A stretch of DNA of 64,000 nucleotides, taken from the NCBI GenBank assembly GCA_051003195.1, contig JBPCLP010000045.1:1-64000 (forward strand), read 5' to 3'. Shown piece by piece: positions 46,725 through 55,389 of this stretch. The position numbers and the translations under genes are program-made. The notes under the pieces are model-generated. The model was given only the letters and a program-made list of their open reading frames with translations, was not told where the DNA came from and ran no database searches. Position 1 is the stretch's first letter. Each line of letters begins with the position of its first letter. This DNA is from Candidatus Sumerlaeaceae bacterium (GTDB lineage Bacteria; Sumerlaeota; Sumerlaeia; Sumerlaeales; Sumerlaeaceae).

Positions 46725-49095
46725 GGCTGATATAAAGGATCGAATCCGGCAGTACCTGGAAACTTACACCGGCAAGCCGCCCCGGCTGCAGGATGTCATG
46801 AAGGCGCTGCAAATTCCGCTCACAGAACGGAAGAGCGTGCGGCGCATCATGCGCGAGCTGCAGGTGGATGGGCATCTCGCATTGCTGCGCACACGCGCGT
46901 ACGTTTCATCCAGCCCACGGCAGACAATCTCGGGCATTCTTAAAGTGTCCCGGCGCGGCTTTGGGTTCCTGGTCCCGGACATCGGGGAAGGTCTTCCAGC
47001 AGTTGGCGACATTTACATTTCGCGCAAACGCATGGGTGAGGCGATGAACGGCGATCGCGTTCGCGTGCGGCTTGTCGTAGATGAGCGTCGCCGTGGCGAA
47101 AAGTCTTCAAAGCTGCGAGAGGGACAGGTTGTCGAAGTGCTGGAGCACGGCACTACAAAGCTGGTGGGTGCATTTTATCCAACGCGCTCGGGGGGCAATG
47201 TGATTCCTCGCGACGAACGGCTGAATCGCACGATTGCCACCCCCCGCCCCGATCCTGATCTGCAGGTCGCGGACGGCGATCTGGTCGTCGCGGAAATCAC
47301 CGCGTGGACGCATCCGACTGAACCGCTGATCGGCCGGGTGGTCGAACGTCTTGGCACACCGGGCGATCAGGGGCTCGACATCACCGTGTTGATTCGCGAT
47401 GCTGGCGTCGAGCCGGAATTTTCAGAGGAAGTACTTGAAGAAGTAGCCGAGATACCGGACGCTATTCCCCCCGAGGAAATTTCCCGCCGAACGGATTTCC
47501 GGAACATCGTCACATTCACAATGGACGGCGCCACTGCCAAAGATTTCGACGATGCATTGTCCATTGAGCGGTTGGATGAGGGGATGGTGCGGCTGGGCGT
47601 ACACATTGCCGACGTCTCGTATTATGTAAAAGAGGGCACTGGTTTAGACGCTGATGCGTTCGAACGTGCCACGTCGATCTACCCGATTGATCGCGTGGTG
47701 CCAATGCTGCCGGAAAAGCTCTCCAACAACCTGTGTTCGCTACGACCCAACGAAGACCGGCTGACCATGAGCTGCCTGATGACCATCGATGAGAAGGGAC
47801 GCGTGCATGATTACTCCATCCACGAAGGGGTCATCCGAAGTGCGCATCGCCTCATCTATGAAGAAGTGCAGACGGTAGTGGATGGTGGCGCGGAACCCAA
47901 ACTCGCCCGCGCTCTTGGCGGCATCCGTGTGCAGCTTGACGAACTTTATAAATTGCGCAAAATCCTTACCGACATGCGCGCCCGCCGTGGTGCGCTGGAC
48001 CTGGACGTTCCGGAAACCGAAATTCTCTTCGACGAGCAGGGAAAGGTAAAGGGCATCACGCGCCGGCCGCGGCTCGAGTCGCATCGCGTGGTGGAAGAGT
48101 GCATGCTGATCGCCAACGAGGTGGTTGCTGCACACCTGCTGAATCTGCAGGTGCCTTCGGTATATCGCGTGCACGAGGATCCGGATCTCGACAAGCTCCG
48201 GCAGCTTATGCCGGTACTGGCCCAGCTGGGCGTTAAGTTTCCTGCGAAAAAAGAATTGGGAGCCGACGCCATCCAGAGTGCCCTGGATCAATCGGCTAAG
48301 CTGGAGACCGGGTTCATTTCCCGGCGGCTCATTCTCCGGGCGATGGCGCGCGCGCATTACTCCGAGGAAAACGTGGGGCATTACGGACTCGCCAGCACGT
48401 GTTACACGCACTTTACCTCGCCGATCCGGCGATACCCGGACCTGCTGGTGCATCGTTTTCTGCGTGAGACAGCGGCGCATGGTGCACCAACAGCAGGGCG
48501 CTACAGGCCGCCTGTCTTTGGTGGCGCAAAGCAATCTGATCCGTTTGAGGGACATCACAGCAAGTACCTGCCGCGAGGGAGACAGGAGTACCTCGCAGCG
48601 CGTCTCCCCAGTTGGACAAAGCACTGCAGTGAGCAGGAGCGGCGCGCTGAGGACATTGAGTACGATGCCGCGAAGGTGAAGAGCCTGGAATACATGAAGC
48701 AGTTCATCGGGCAGGAATTCGACGGCTACATCATCGGCGTGATGAACTTTGGAATGTTCGTCGAATTAATAGAGATGCCTGTCGAAGGGCTGCTGCATGT
48801 GCGCCAGCTCACCACCGACTTCTTCGAGTACGATGAAGACCGGATGAATCTCGTCGGCCGTGAGACAGGCGAAACCTACAAGCTGGGTGACAAGCTGCGC
48901 ATTTACGTGGAGAACGTCAGCGTCGAATCACTGGAACTGGACTTCGCACTGGCTGAAAAATATGTAGCTGCCGGCAGCGCGGAGCGCCGGACCGAAGCCG
49001 GCACCGAGCGAGTCGCCCGCCAGAAAAGACATGAGGCACGGAAACCGCGCTCCGGCGGATTCCAGGCTCGCGGCGGCAAACGTGGCCGCCGTTAG
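46723..49095 (+). CDS. rnr: Ribonuclease R
   Basis: CSD (GFGFL), RNB 'DGATAKDFDDA', HIADVS, EECMLIANE, YTHFTSPIRRYPDLLVHR, S1 domain, basic tail. Confidence 0.96.
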   Translation: MADIKDRIRQYLETYTGKPPRLQDVMKALQIPLTERKSVRRIMRELQVDGHLALLRTRAYVSSSPRQTISGILKVSRRGFGFLVPDIGEGLPAVGDIYISRKRMGEAMNGDRVRVRLVVDERRRGEKSSKLREGQVVEVLEHGTTKLVGAFYPTRSGGNVIPRDERLNRTIATPRPDPDLQVADGDLVVAEITAWTHPTEPLIGRVVERLGTPGDQGLDITVLIRDAGVEPEFSEEVLEEVAEIPDAIPPEEISRRTDFRNIVTFTMDGATAKDFDDALSIERLDEGMVRLGVHIADVSYYVKEGTGLDADAFERATSIYPIDRVVPMLPEKLSNNLCSLRPNEDRLTMSCLMTIDEKGRVHDYSIHEGVIRSAHRLIYEEVQTVVDGGAEPKLARALGGIRVQLDELYKLRKILTDMRARRGALDLDVPETEILFDEQGKVKGITRRPRLESHRVVEECMLIANEVVAAHLLNLQVPSVYRVHEDPDLDKLRQLMPVLAQLGVKFPAKKELGADAIQSALDQSAKLETGFISRRLILRAMARAHYSEENVGHYGLASTCYTHFTSPIRRYPDLLVHRFLRETAAHGAPTAGRYRPPVFGGAKQSDPFEGHHSKYLPRGRQEYLAARLPSWTKHCSEQERRAEDIEYDAAKVKSLEYMKQFIGQEFDGYIIGVMNFGMFVELIEMPVEGLLHVRQLTTDFFEYDEDRMNLVGRETGETYKLGDKLRIYVENVSVESLELDFALAEKYVAAGSAERRTEAGTERVARQKRHEARKPRSGGFQARGGKRGRR

Positions 49096-49138
49096 TAATT
49101 AAACAGCAGATCGGATGTCGCGCCTGGTGTAGCCGGGA

Positions 49139-52100
49139 TTAACGCCCTCCTGCTGCGGCCGCAACAGCCGGCACAGCTACGGCCCCAGCCTTTTCGATCG
49201 CGTAGTTTTCCACGTGGAACACGTCGCTCATGCTGAAACGTATCTCCACATCGTAACGCTGCTCGAGCCGGCGTATTGCATCGCGGTAATTCTGGTCCAC
49301 GTATCCTCGAATCCTGGAATTAACCGTTACATTCAGGGACGGGGCAGGCTTCGTGGACTCCAGCGTCTTCACCAGCTCGTGCTTGATGTGCAGCCAGATC
49401 TGCTGCTCGTTGAGTACAACTCCAGCGCCCTGGCAGTACGGACAATCCATGAACAGCGTCTTGCGCAGGCTGCGGCGCACGCGCTTACGCGTCATCTCAA
49501 CAAGCCCAAATTCACTGATCGTCGAAACGCTCGTCTTTGAGCGGTCCTTTCGCAGATTCATTTTCAGCTCATTAACAACCTGCTCGCGATTGCGCGGGTC
49601 TTTCATGTCAATGAAGTCGATCACGATAAGTCCGCCGATATCGCGCAGCTTTAGTTCGCGTGCCACCGCGCGCGAGGCTTCCAGGTTCGTCTTCAGGATA
49701 AGCTTTTCCTGGTCATCTTTTCCGACCGCTTTGCCCGTGTTCACGTCGATGGCAGTAAGAGCTTCGGCCTCATCGATGATCAGGTAGCCGCCGCTCTTCA
49801 GCCATACCTTGCGCCGGGCTGCCTTCTGAATCTGCTTCTCAACCTGGAACTTCTGGAAAATGTTTTCGGCGCCGGAGTAAACCTTCACCTTTTCTGTCAG
49901 CGACGGGATGAGCTTGTCGAGGATCTGCTTCAGTTTCTCCGCCTCGACGTGCGAATCGATCAGGATCTCCGAAACGTTGTCGTCGAAAACGTCGCGGGCC
50001 AGCCGGTAAATGATATCATGGTCATCGTAGACCAGCTGGGTTGGTTCCGCTTGTTTATAGCGGTCCGCAATGGCTGTCCACTCGTGTGTCAGAAAATCGA
50101 CGTCACCGCGGATGTCCTTTTCGTCCCGGTAGATTCCCGCCGTGCGAATGATAAACGCAGTCTCATCATTCGAGATTTCTTTGAGAATCCGCTTCAGGCG
50201 CTTACGCTCGGTGATGTCCTCAACCTTGCGAGAGATGCCGCCTTCCTCATTCGGGTACGGCAGGAGCACCAAGTATCGGCCCGGCAGGCTTACGTAAGTG
50301 GAGATTCGGGCTCCCTTCATCCCGATCTCCTCCTTGATTACCTGCACCATCACCTCATCACCCTTTTTGTAGGTCTCGGTGAACAATGGAGGCCGGTTCC
50401 AGCGGCGTGCCTGCGGCTGCTGGTCCCGCCCGCCGCGATCACGGTGCCTGTCGTGACGGCCCGGCCTCTGGTCCTGTTGCGGAGCAGTCGGCAAGGCTAC
50501 AGGAACGAAACCCGTTTGCGGCTGGGAAGTACCTGGCTGCGCTTCAGTCGAAGTGCCAGTTTCACCAGTCTGGGCCGTGTCCGAAGTGGATTGCACGCCT
50601 GCTTCTGCTGGTGCGGCCCCTCGCCCGCGGCGTCCACTTCTACGACCGCGCCTGTCGCGATGCCGGTCTTCGCGCTGACCTTTGGCCGGACGCTCCGGCG
50701 TTTCCGCTGAGCCTTTCTGCGGTTCTGGTGACCCCTGCACATGCTGGGTCTCTGCCACGGGAGAAGCTGGAGACGTTGAAGGCGCGGCTTTTGCCGCAGC
50801 TTCCTCGCGCGCGCTTACCGTTCCGGTTTTTTTCCGGCTGCTTAGCCTCGCCGCCCGGGCTTCAGCTGCGGCTGCACGTGCACGCGCAGATGCACTCTCC
50901 TTGATTGCGACTTTCTTTTCCCGAGCTGGCGGACGTGCGGCTTTCTTTTCGTTCTTATCTGCAACTGCCGGCTTTGTTTCTGCCTCAGTTTTACGTACTC
51001 GTGCAGTGGTTTTTGACGCCACTATCGAAGCTTTGGCCTTCACTGTATCGTCCGATTTAGCCGCGCGTTTTGGTCGCGCTACGATTGCGGATCTTGCGGC
51101 AACCGGGGCAATCTTCTTCACCCGCGCCGGCGTCTTCTCCTCGACTGGTTCAGCAGCCTTCGTTCGTTTTTTTGCAGCGGCGGATTTCGCGTCATCGGAA
51201 TCCGACTTCTTCGCGCGTACAGCATAGTACGACTGATTGCCGCGGCGCTTCATTTGGCGGTTACGTCCGCCGCCGCGGCGCTTGCGACGCGCAGCCTGTC
51301 CGCCATCACCCTGGCCCTGGCCTTGATGCCGCGGCCGGGAATTCCCCTGGCCCGATGCACCTGGGAAACGCTCGTTACCCGGCATAGGAGCATTATCATC
51401 CTCGTCGTAAAAAGGCTCAGAGGAACGTACCGGCCCAAAATTCGGCTGACGATCATCATCGTCGTCTGCGCCCGGGACATAGGCGCGGTGCTGAGGGCGC
51501 GGCCCAAAGAAGTCTTCCTGACTTTCACGGCGATCATTCGGGTTCTGCGCATACGGGCTGCGCTGGTTACCCCAATTGGTGGTGTCCTGTTGAGCCTGCC
51601 TGCGCCACTGGCGTTTGCTCGGCTGCGCGGGCATCGAGTACGGCGAAAAGACGTCATATGGATTCGCAGCGCCGCGCGTGCCGGCGGCACCACGTTCGGC
51701 CGGAGGCACCCAGGCATTCGCCATGGCGGTCGTCGTTGGATGAGGCTGTGGCGCCCGCATGGTATTGCCGCGCGGAGCGCCATCACCGCCTGGCACACCT
51801 TGCTGGCGTCTGGATTGACGCTCGAGTTTCTTTTGCTCCCAACGTTCGCGACGGCGGCGCTGCCGTTCACTGCGCGGGTTCGTACGCTGGTCCGACTGCG
51901 GTCCGCCCGGGGCGACGCCGCCTTCCTGGAAGGTTCGTTCCTGCGAAGGTCCGGACGAAACTGCAGGCTGACCCGCAGGAGCCTCCGTAATCGCTTCTTC
52001 GTCGTCCTCATCTTCATCATCGATGTCGGCGTCGAGAACTTCATCACGAACAGGATCGAACGGCTGGTCTGCATCACTTTTGTGCCGCTTGCGACCACCC

Positions 52101-52585
52101 CTCCTGCCGCGGCGCCGGCGCGGTCTGTCATCGTCGCCCTCTTCGCGCTCTTCAGCAGTTGAGGGTTGCGCTTCTGCTTCATCTGCCACGGCAATATCAG
52201 CTTCGCTTTCTGCTTCGCGCTGTTCTTCGACTGGAGTCGCAGCGGCAATTGCCGGCATGCGTTCAGCTTCGGCTGGCTCATCCGTTTCAGCGGTGGAACT
52301 TGCAGGTCGCGACGGAATTTCCGCAGCCGGGTTGTTTTCCCGGTATTTTGCCCACAACAGGTCGCCACGAACGTCATCAAAATGCAGGAACGCGTTGCGC
52401 TCCAGCCCGATGTTCACAAAGGCAGCCTTCAGCCCCGGCAATATGCCCTCGATACGGCCTTTATAGATGTTGTTGAGAATCGTTTTCTCATCGAGCGCCT
52501 CGATATACAACTCCGTCAGCTGCTCGTCCTCAAGTATTGCGACTCGAAGCTCGCGCTCCTCGACATTAATCAGAACTTTTTTCAT
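49139..52585 (-). CDS. rne: Ribonuclease E/G family endoribonuclease with a very long insertion in the S1 domain
   Basis: NIYKGRIEGILPGLKAAFVNIG…LHFDDV, resumes at KGDEVMVQVIKEEIGMKGARIST; AIDVNTG, TNLEA, GGLIVIDFIDM, FGLVEMTRKR, CPYCQG. Confidence 0.95.
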   Translation of the reverse strand: MKKVLINVEERELRVAILEDEQLTELYIEALDEKTILNNIYKGRIEGILPGLKAAFVNIGLERNAFLHFDDVRGDLLWAKYRENNPAAEIPSRPASSTAETDEPAEAERMPAIAAATPVEEQREAESEADIAVADEAEAQPSTAEEREEGDDDRPRRRRGRRGGRKRHKSDADQPFDPVRDEVLDADIDDEDEDDEEAITEAPAGQPAVSSGPSQERTFQEGGVAPGGPQSDQRTNPRSERQRRRRERWEQKKLERQSRRQQGVPGGDGAPRGNTMRAPQPHPTTTAMANAWVPPAERGAAGTRGAANPYDVFSPYSMPAQPSKRQWRRQAQQDTTNWGNQRSPYAQNPNDRRESQEDFFGPRPQHRAYVPGADDDDDRQPNFGPVRSSEPFYDEDDNAPMPGNERFPGASGQGNSRPRHQGQGQGDGGQAARRKRRGGGRNRQMKRRGNQSYYAVRAKKSDSDDAKSAAAKKRTKAAEPVEEKTPARVKKIAPVAARSAIVARPKRAAKSDDTVKAKASIVASKTTARVRKTEAETKPAVADKNEKKAARPPAREKKVAIKESASARARAAAAEARAARLSSRKKTGTVSAREEAAAKAAPSTSPASPVAETQHVQGSPEPQKGSAETPERPAKGQREDRHRDRRGRRSGRRGRGAAPAEAGVQSTSDTAQTGETGTSTEAQPGTSQPQTGFVPVALPTAPQQDQRPGRHDRHRDRGGRDQQPQARRWNRPPLFTETYKKGDEVMVQVIKEEIGMKGARISTYVSLPGRYLVLLPYPNEEGGISRKVEDITERKRLKRILKEISNDETAFIIRTAGIYRDEKDIRGDVDFLTHEWTAIADRYKQAEPTQLVYDDHDIIYRLARDVFDDNVSEILIDSHVEAEKLKQILDKLIPSLTEKVKVYSGAENIFQKFQVEKQIQKAARRKVWLKSGGYLIIDEAEALTAIDVNTGKAVGKDDQEKLILKTNLEASRAVARELKLRDIGGLIVIDFIDMKDPRNREQVVNELKMNLRKDRSKTSVSTISEFGLVEMTRKRVRRSLRKTLFMDCPYCQGAGVVLNEQQIWLHIKHELVKTLESTKPAPSLNVTVNSRIRGYVDQNYRDAIRRLEQRYDVEIRFSMSDVFHVENYAIEKAGAVAVPAVAAAAGGR

Positions 52586-52846
52586 GCGGAAGTGGGTAAA
52601 TCCCCTGTCAGTATCGCATGCAACTCATTGCGCCACTAGGGTACTTGTAAGCACAAACGAGTAACGTGCTGGCTCCCCGGTCGCATACGTGCCATGTGCG
52701 CTAACCAGCGCCACCTGACCTAGCTTTTTAACGCCACCGGGGCTATAAATTCGAAATTACTAACTACAAACGTGTGCTGCCGCCCCATAACAGCGGACGG
52801 TGTGCTCGATTTCGAATACGAGTTTTTCATGCGCAGATTGGCCATG

Positions 52847-53707
52847 TCAAGCGGGTAGCTTAGCTGTTTTTGGATCAAACATCGTCCGCTCAAAAGCAAA
52901 CTGGCGGATTTCCGCAAAGTGCTGCGCTACGGGATCCCAGTTACACTGCCGCACAATGAACTGCTCGGGGGTGAACTGCAGCACATTGTAGCTGTTTGTC
53001 CGGTCTTCGCCGCGGGTGCGTTCGCTCGTTGCCGTGCCAACGCAAATCAAAGCCACTGGACGGCGAATCGCAGGAAAGAATTCCTCAGTGGTTGTGACCC
53101 GGTTATAGTGGGCGTGCCCATGCAACACTGCATGGGCCCCGGCCTTCGAGAACTCGTTCAGCACATGCTCCGCGTTCGGCATTACTCCTGGGCGCGCGTG
53201 TCCGGGAATGTTTGCGAAATGCTGATGCACCACGATGATTCGCCACATCTCTTCGGGCAGTTCTTTCATCCATGCTTTACTGCGCAGCATGTCTGCGTCC
53301 CTTACAATTCCCTGCTGGTGACGCATCGGGTTAACGGTGTTTAAACCCAGGAAGCCAACGTGCGGCAGAACCAACGGGTTCGTGGACAGATCGTCCATAT
53401 ACGCATGGTAGTTTGCAAACGGATTGACCGCACGCGCCAGCACGTTGTACAGTGGCACATCATGGTTTCCCGGGATAATCAGCAGCGGGACCTCCACGCG
53501 TTTGAAAAAATCCCGCGCCTGCGCAAATTGACCAGAGCGCGCGCGCATCGTCAGATCGCCCGACACCACAACTGCATCGGGCTTTACCTCTACAATTCGC
53601 TCAAGCAGTTGCTCTGCACGTGGCGCAATAAACCCGTGGCCGTAATGCAGATCCGAGCAATGGACGACGGTTGTCGCGCGAACAGGATTTTCTACCGGGC
53701 TGCTCAG
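52847..53707 (-). CDS. Calcineurin-like metallophosphoesterase (CpdA/Icc-like); start probably non-canonical CTG
   Basis: Motifs HCSDLH (upstream of the ORF-track GTG), SGDLT, PGNHD, HQH, GHAH, all in one frame. Confidence 0.85.
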   Translation of the reverse strand: MSSPVENPVRATTVVHCSDLHYGHGFIAPRAEQLLERIVEVKPDAVVVSGDLTMRARSGQFAQARDFFKRVEVPLLIIPGNHDVPLYNVLARAVNPFANYHAYMDDLSTNPLVLPHVGFLGLNTVNPMRHQQGIVRDADMLRSKAWMKELPEEMWRIIVVHQHFANIPGHARPGVMPNAEHVLNEFSKAGAHAVLHGHAHYNRVTTTEEFFPAIRRPVALICVGTATSERTRGEDRTNSYNVLQFTPEQFIVRQCNWDPVAQHFAEIRQFAFERTMFDPKTAKLPA

Positions 53708-53737
53708 GGCGTGCAGGTTCCAGCTCTAATCAGCATA

Positions 53738-54229
53738 TCACCGATATCCGCATGCGGAAATGATTGCGCGAATCGCATTCAAGTCGACGCGAACCCATAC
53801 CTGGACGCATGCACACGCAGGAAACACCTGCCAGTCGACAAGCTCCGCAGTCCGTATGTACTCCAGCACTTTCGCTTTGAGACGGATGTCCCGCGTAATG
53901 ACATCATTCACAGTCCTGCCACGGCTGATCGGCATCGATCCGACAACCTCATGGATCTGTCGACGCGCTTTGGCCTCGGCATCATTCTGCGCGACCCGCC
54001 GTTGCGTACCCGGCACCGAAACCGGTCGAAATCCTGCTGTTGCGGTCACCACGTAGTAGTCCGGCAATGCAACAGGCTGTTGCGCGGGAGACGGGCCAGC
54101 CATAGCGCTGAGCACTATAACGACGACCATGAACGCCGGAGACCATTGAGAGCCGAAACTCCGCAATCCGCCACAGATGCTTTTCACCGCAGCGCCATGT
54201 CCGCTCCGCTTCGCCACCAGTACACCCAT
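53738..54229 (-). CDS. Small secreted LPP20/FlgP-like protein
   Basis: Signal-like hydrophobic stretch; 'AEAKARRQIHEVVGSMPISRGRTVNDVI…IRTAELV' resembles LPP20/FlgP. Confidence 0.55.
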   Translation of the reverse strand: MGVLVAKRSGHGAAVKSICGGLRSFGSQWSPAFMVVVIVLSAMAGPSPAQQPVALPDYYVVTATAGFRPVSVPGTQRRVAQNDAEAKARRQIHEVVGSMPISRGRTVNDVITRDIRLKAKVLEYIRTAELVDWQVFPACACVQVWVRVDLNAIRAIISACGYR

Positions 54230-54230
54230 T

Positions 54231-55349
54231 CTATTGCTCCTTTGGGTTTCGGATAATGATGCCCACCCCGCCCTTGTCTAGCCACACTTTTCCGATATCC
54301 TCTTCGGTATAATCAATAGCGCCGCCCTTTGGACCAGCTGAGTAGGGATCGTTCACAATATAATCCCCGTTGCGCCGAAACCCACGCAATAACATCAGGT
54401 GGCCGCCGCTGGCACTGTAGAGAGCCCGGTTCAATTCACCTTTTCCAACCCGGATGCTTGCCATGATCGGTTGGCCCTCGAGCAGCATCTGCTTCACCTG
54501 GGCGTGAGTGCGAAAACGCTGCACCCAGGCTTCGCAGCCGTTATTAGCGGCCGTTTGCGCTGCGCGTGGCCACACTCCGTAAATCTTGTGTTCGGCATCA
54601 TACGCTTCCGCCGCCACATCCAGCGTCGACTTGTCAATACCTGCTCTTTCGAGCATCATCGCAACGCAAGTGGGGCAACAAATTTTCTCTCGCAGCCTGG
54701 GAACAGAAACATCCAGCTGGCTGCGGTAGGGCACCCGGATCGCCTGGGCCCTCGCCGCGCGAAAGCCGTTTGTTTCCGCATTACGTGCTGCATACAAGCC
54801 CGCATCTCCAGACGTATTACTAACCGAGATAAAGAAGCGCTCCAGTACGGGTTGCTGAACGGGTAGCCCAGAAGCATGCGGCGCACTCTCCAGCTCAACG
54901 CGATACTGAAACCACGTTGCCGCACGCGACAGTTCCAGGTAATCAATGTGAACAATTCCCCAGCGACTCGACCTGGTTGTTGGATGTTCAGGCGGATGCT
55001 GTGCGGAGGTGCCGCCGCTGCCAAAATAAAACCACGGTGACCAGCGCACCGACTCATCCGCGACGCGAAGATAAATACGGTAGCCCTGTGTGGATTCGTC
55101 CAAACGCAGATTCCATGACGGGAGCACTTCGTGAAACTGGAATTCCGCTCTGGTCGGTTTCGAAGTATACGTGCCCCGTACCTTCTTCGCACCAGCTCGC
55201 GATTTGCCGTTCGGCTGGGATGTGAGCAATAACGCATGCCGTCGCCGGCTCCAGGTCAGGTTCCGGCGTTCACCATCAAAGTCCCCCGCAGCAACAGCCC
55301 GGTAGAGCGCGTCCACAGCGAACTGCGGGCGGTTCAGAAAATTACGCAT
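54231..55349 (-). CDS. Peptidase C39-like family protein
   Basis: VPYRSQ, CCPTCVAMML (Cys), GHLMLLRGF (His), VNDP (Asp); ATG at 55349 avoids overlap with the upstream gene. Confidence 0.8.
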   Translation of the reverse strand: MRNFLNRPQFAVDALYRAVAAGDFDGERRNLTWSRRRHALLLTSQPNGKSRAGAKKVRGTYTSKPTRAEFQFHEVLPSWNLRLDESTQGYRIYLRVADESVRWSPWFYFGSGGTSAQHPPEHPTTRSSRWGIVHIDYLELSRAATWFQYRVELESAPHASGLPVQQPVLERFFISVSNTSGDAGLYAARNAETNGFRAARAQAIRVPYRSQLDVSVPRLREKICCPTCVAMMLERAGIDKSTLDVAAEAYDAEHKIYGVWPRAAQTAANNGCEAWVQRFRTHAQVKQMLLEGQPIMASIRVGKGELNRALYSASGGHLMLLRGFRRNGDYIVNDPYSAGPKGGAIDYTEEDIGKVWLDKGGVGIIIRNPKEQ

Positions 55350-55389
55350 GGCTCCGCAGTCGGACCGTGACCTGGCATTCGCACTTGCG

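Noticed and set aside
50390..52350. Intein or intron explaining the RNase E insertion
   Set aside because: Low-complexity in-frame sequence with no Cys/Ser start, His-Asn end or homing-endonuclease motifs
51250..52380. Long alternative-frame ORFs (376 aa minus, 302 aa plus) and similar shadows (17832-18929, 22472-23515, 47740-48624, 53360-54256)
   Set aside because: They overlap well-supported genes, lack motifs and are expected in GC-rich DNA
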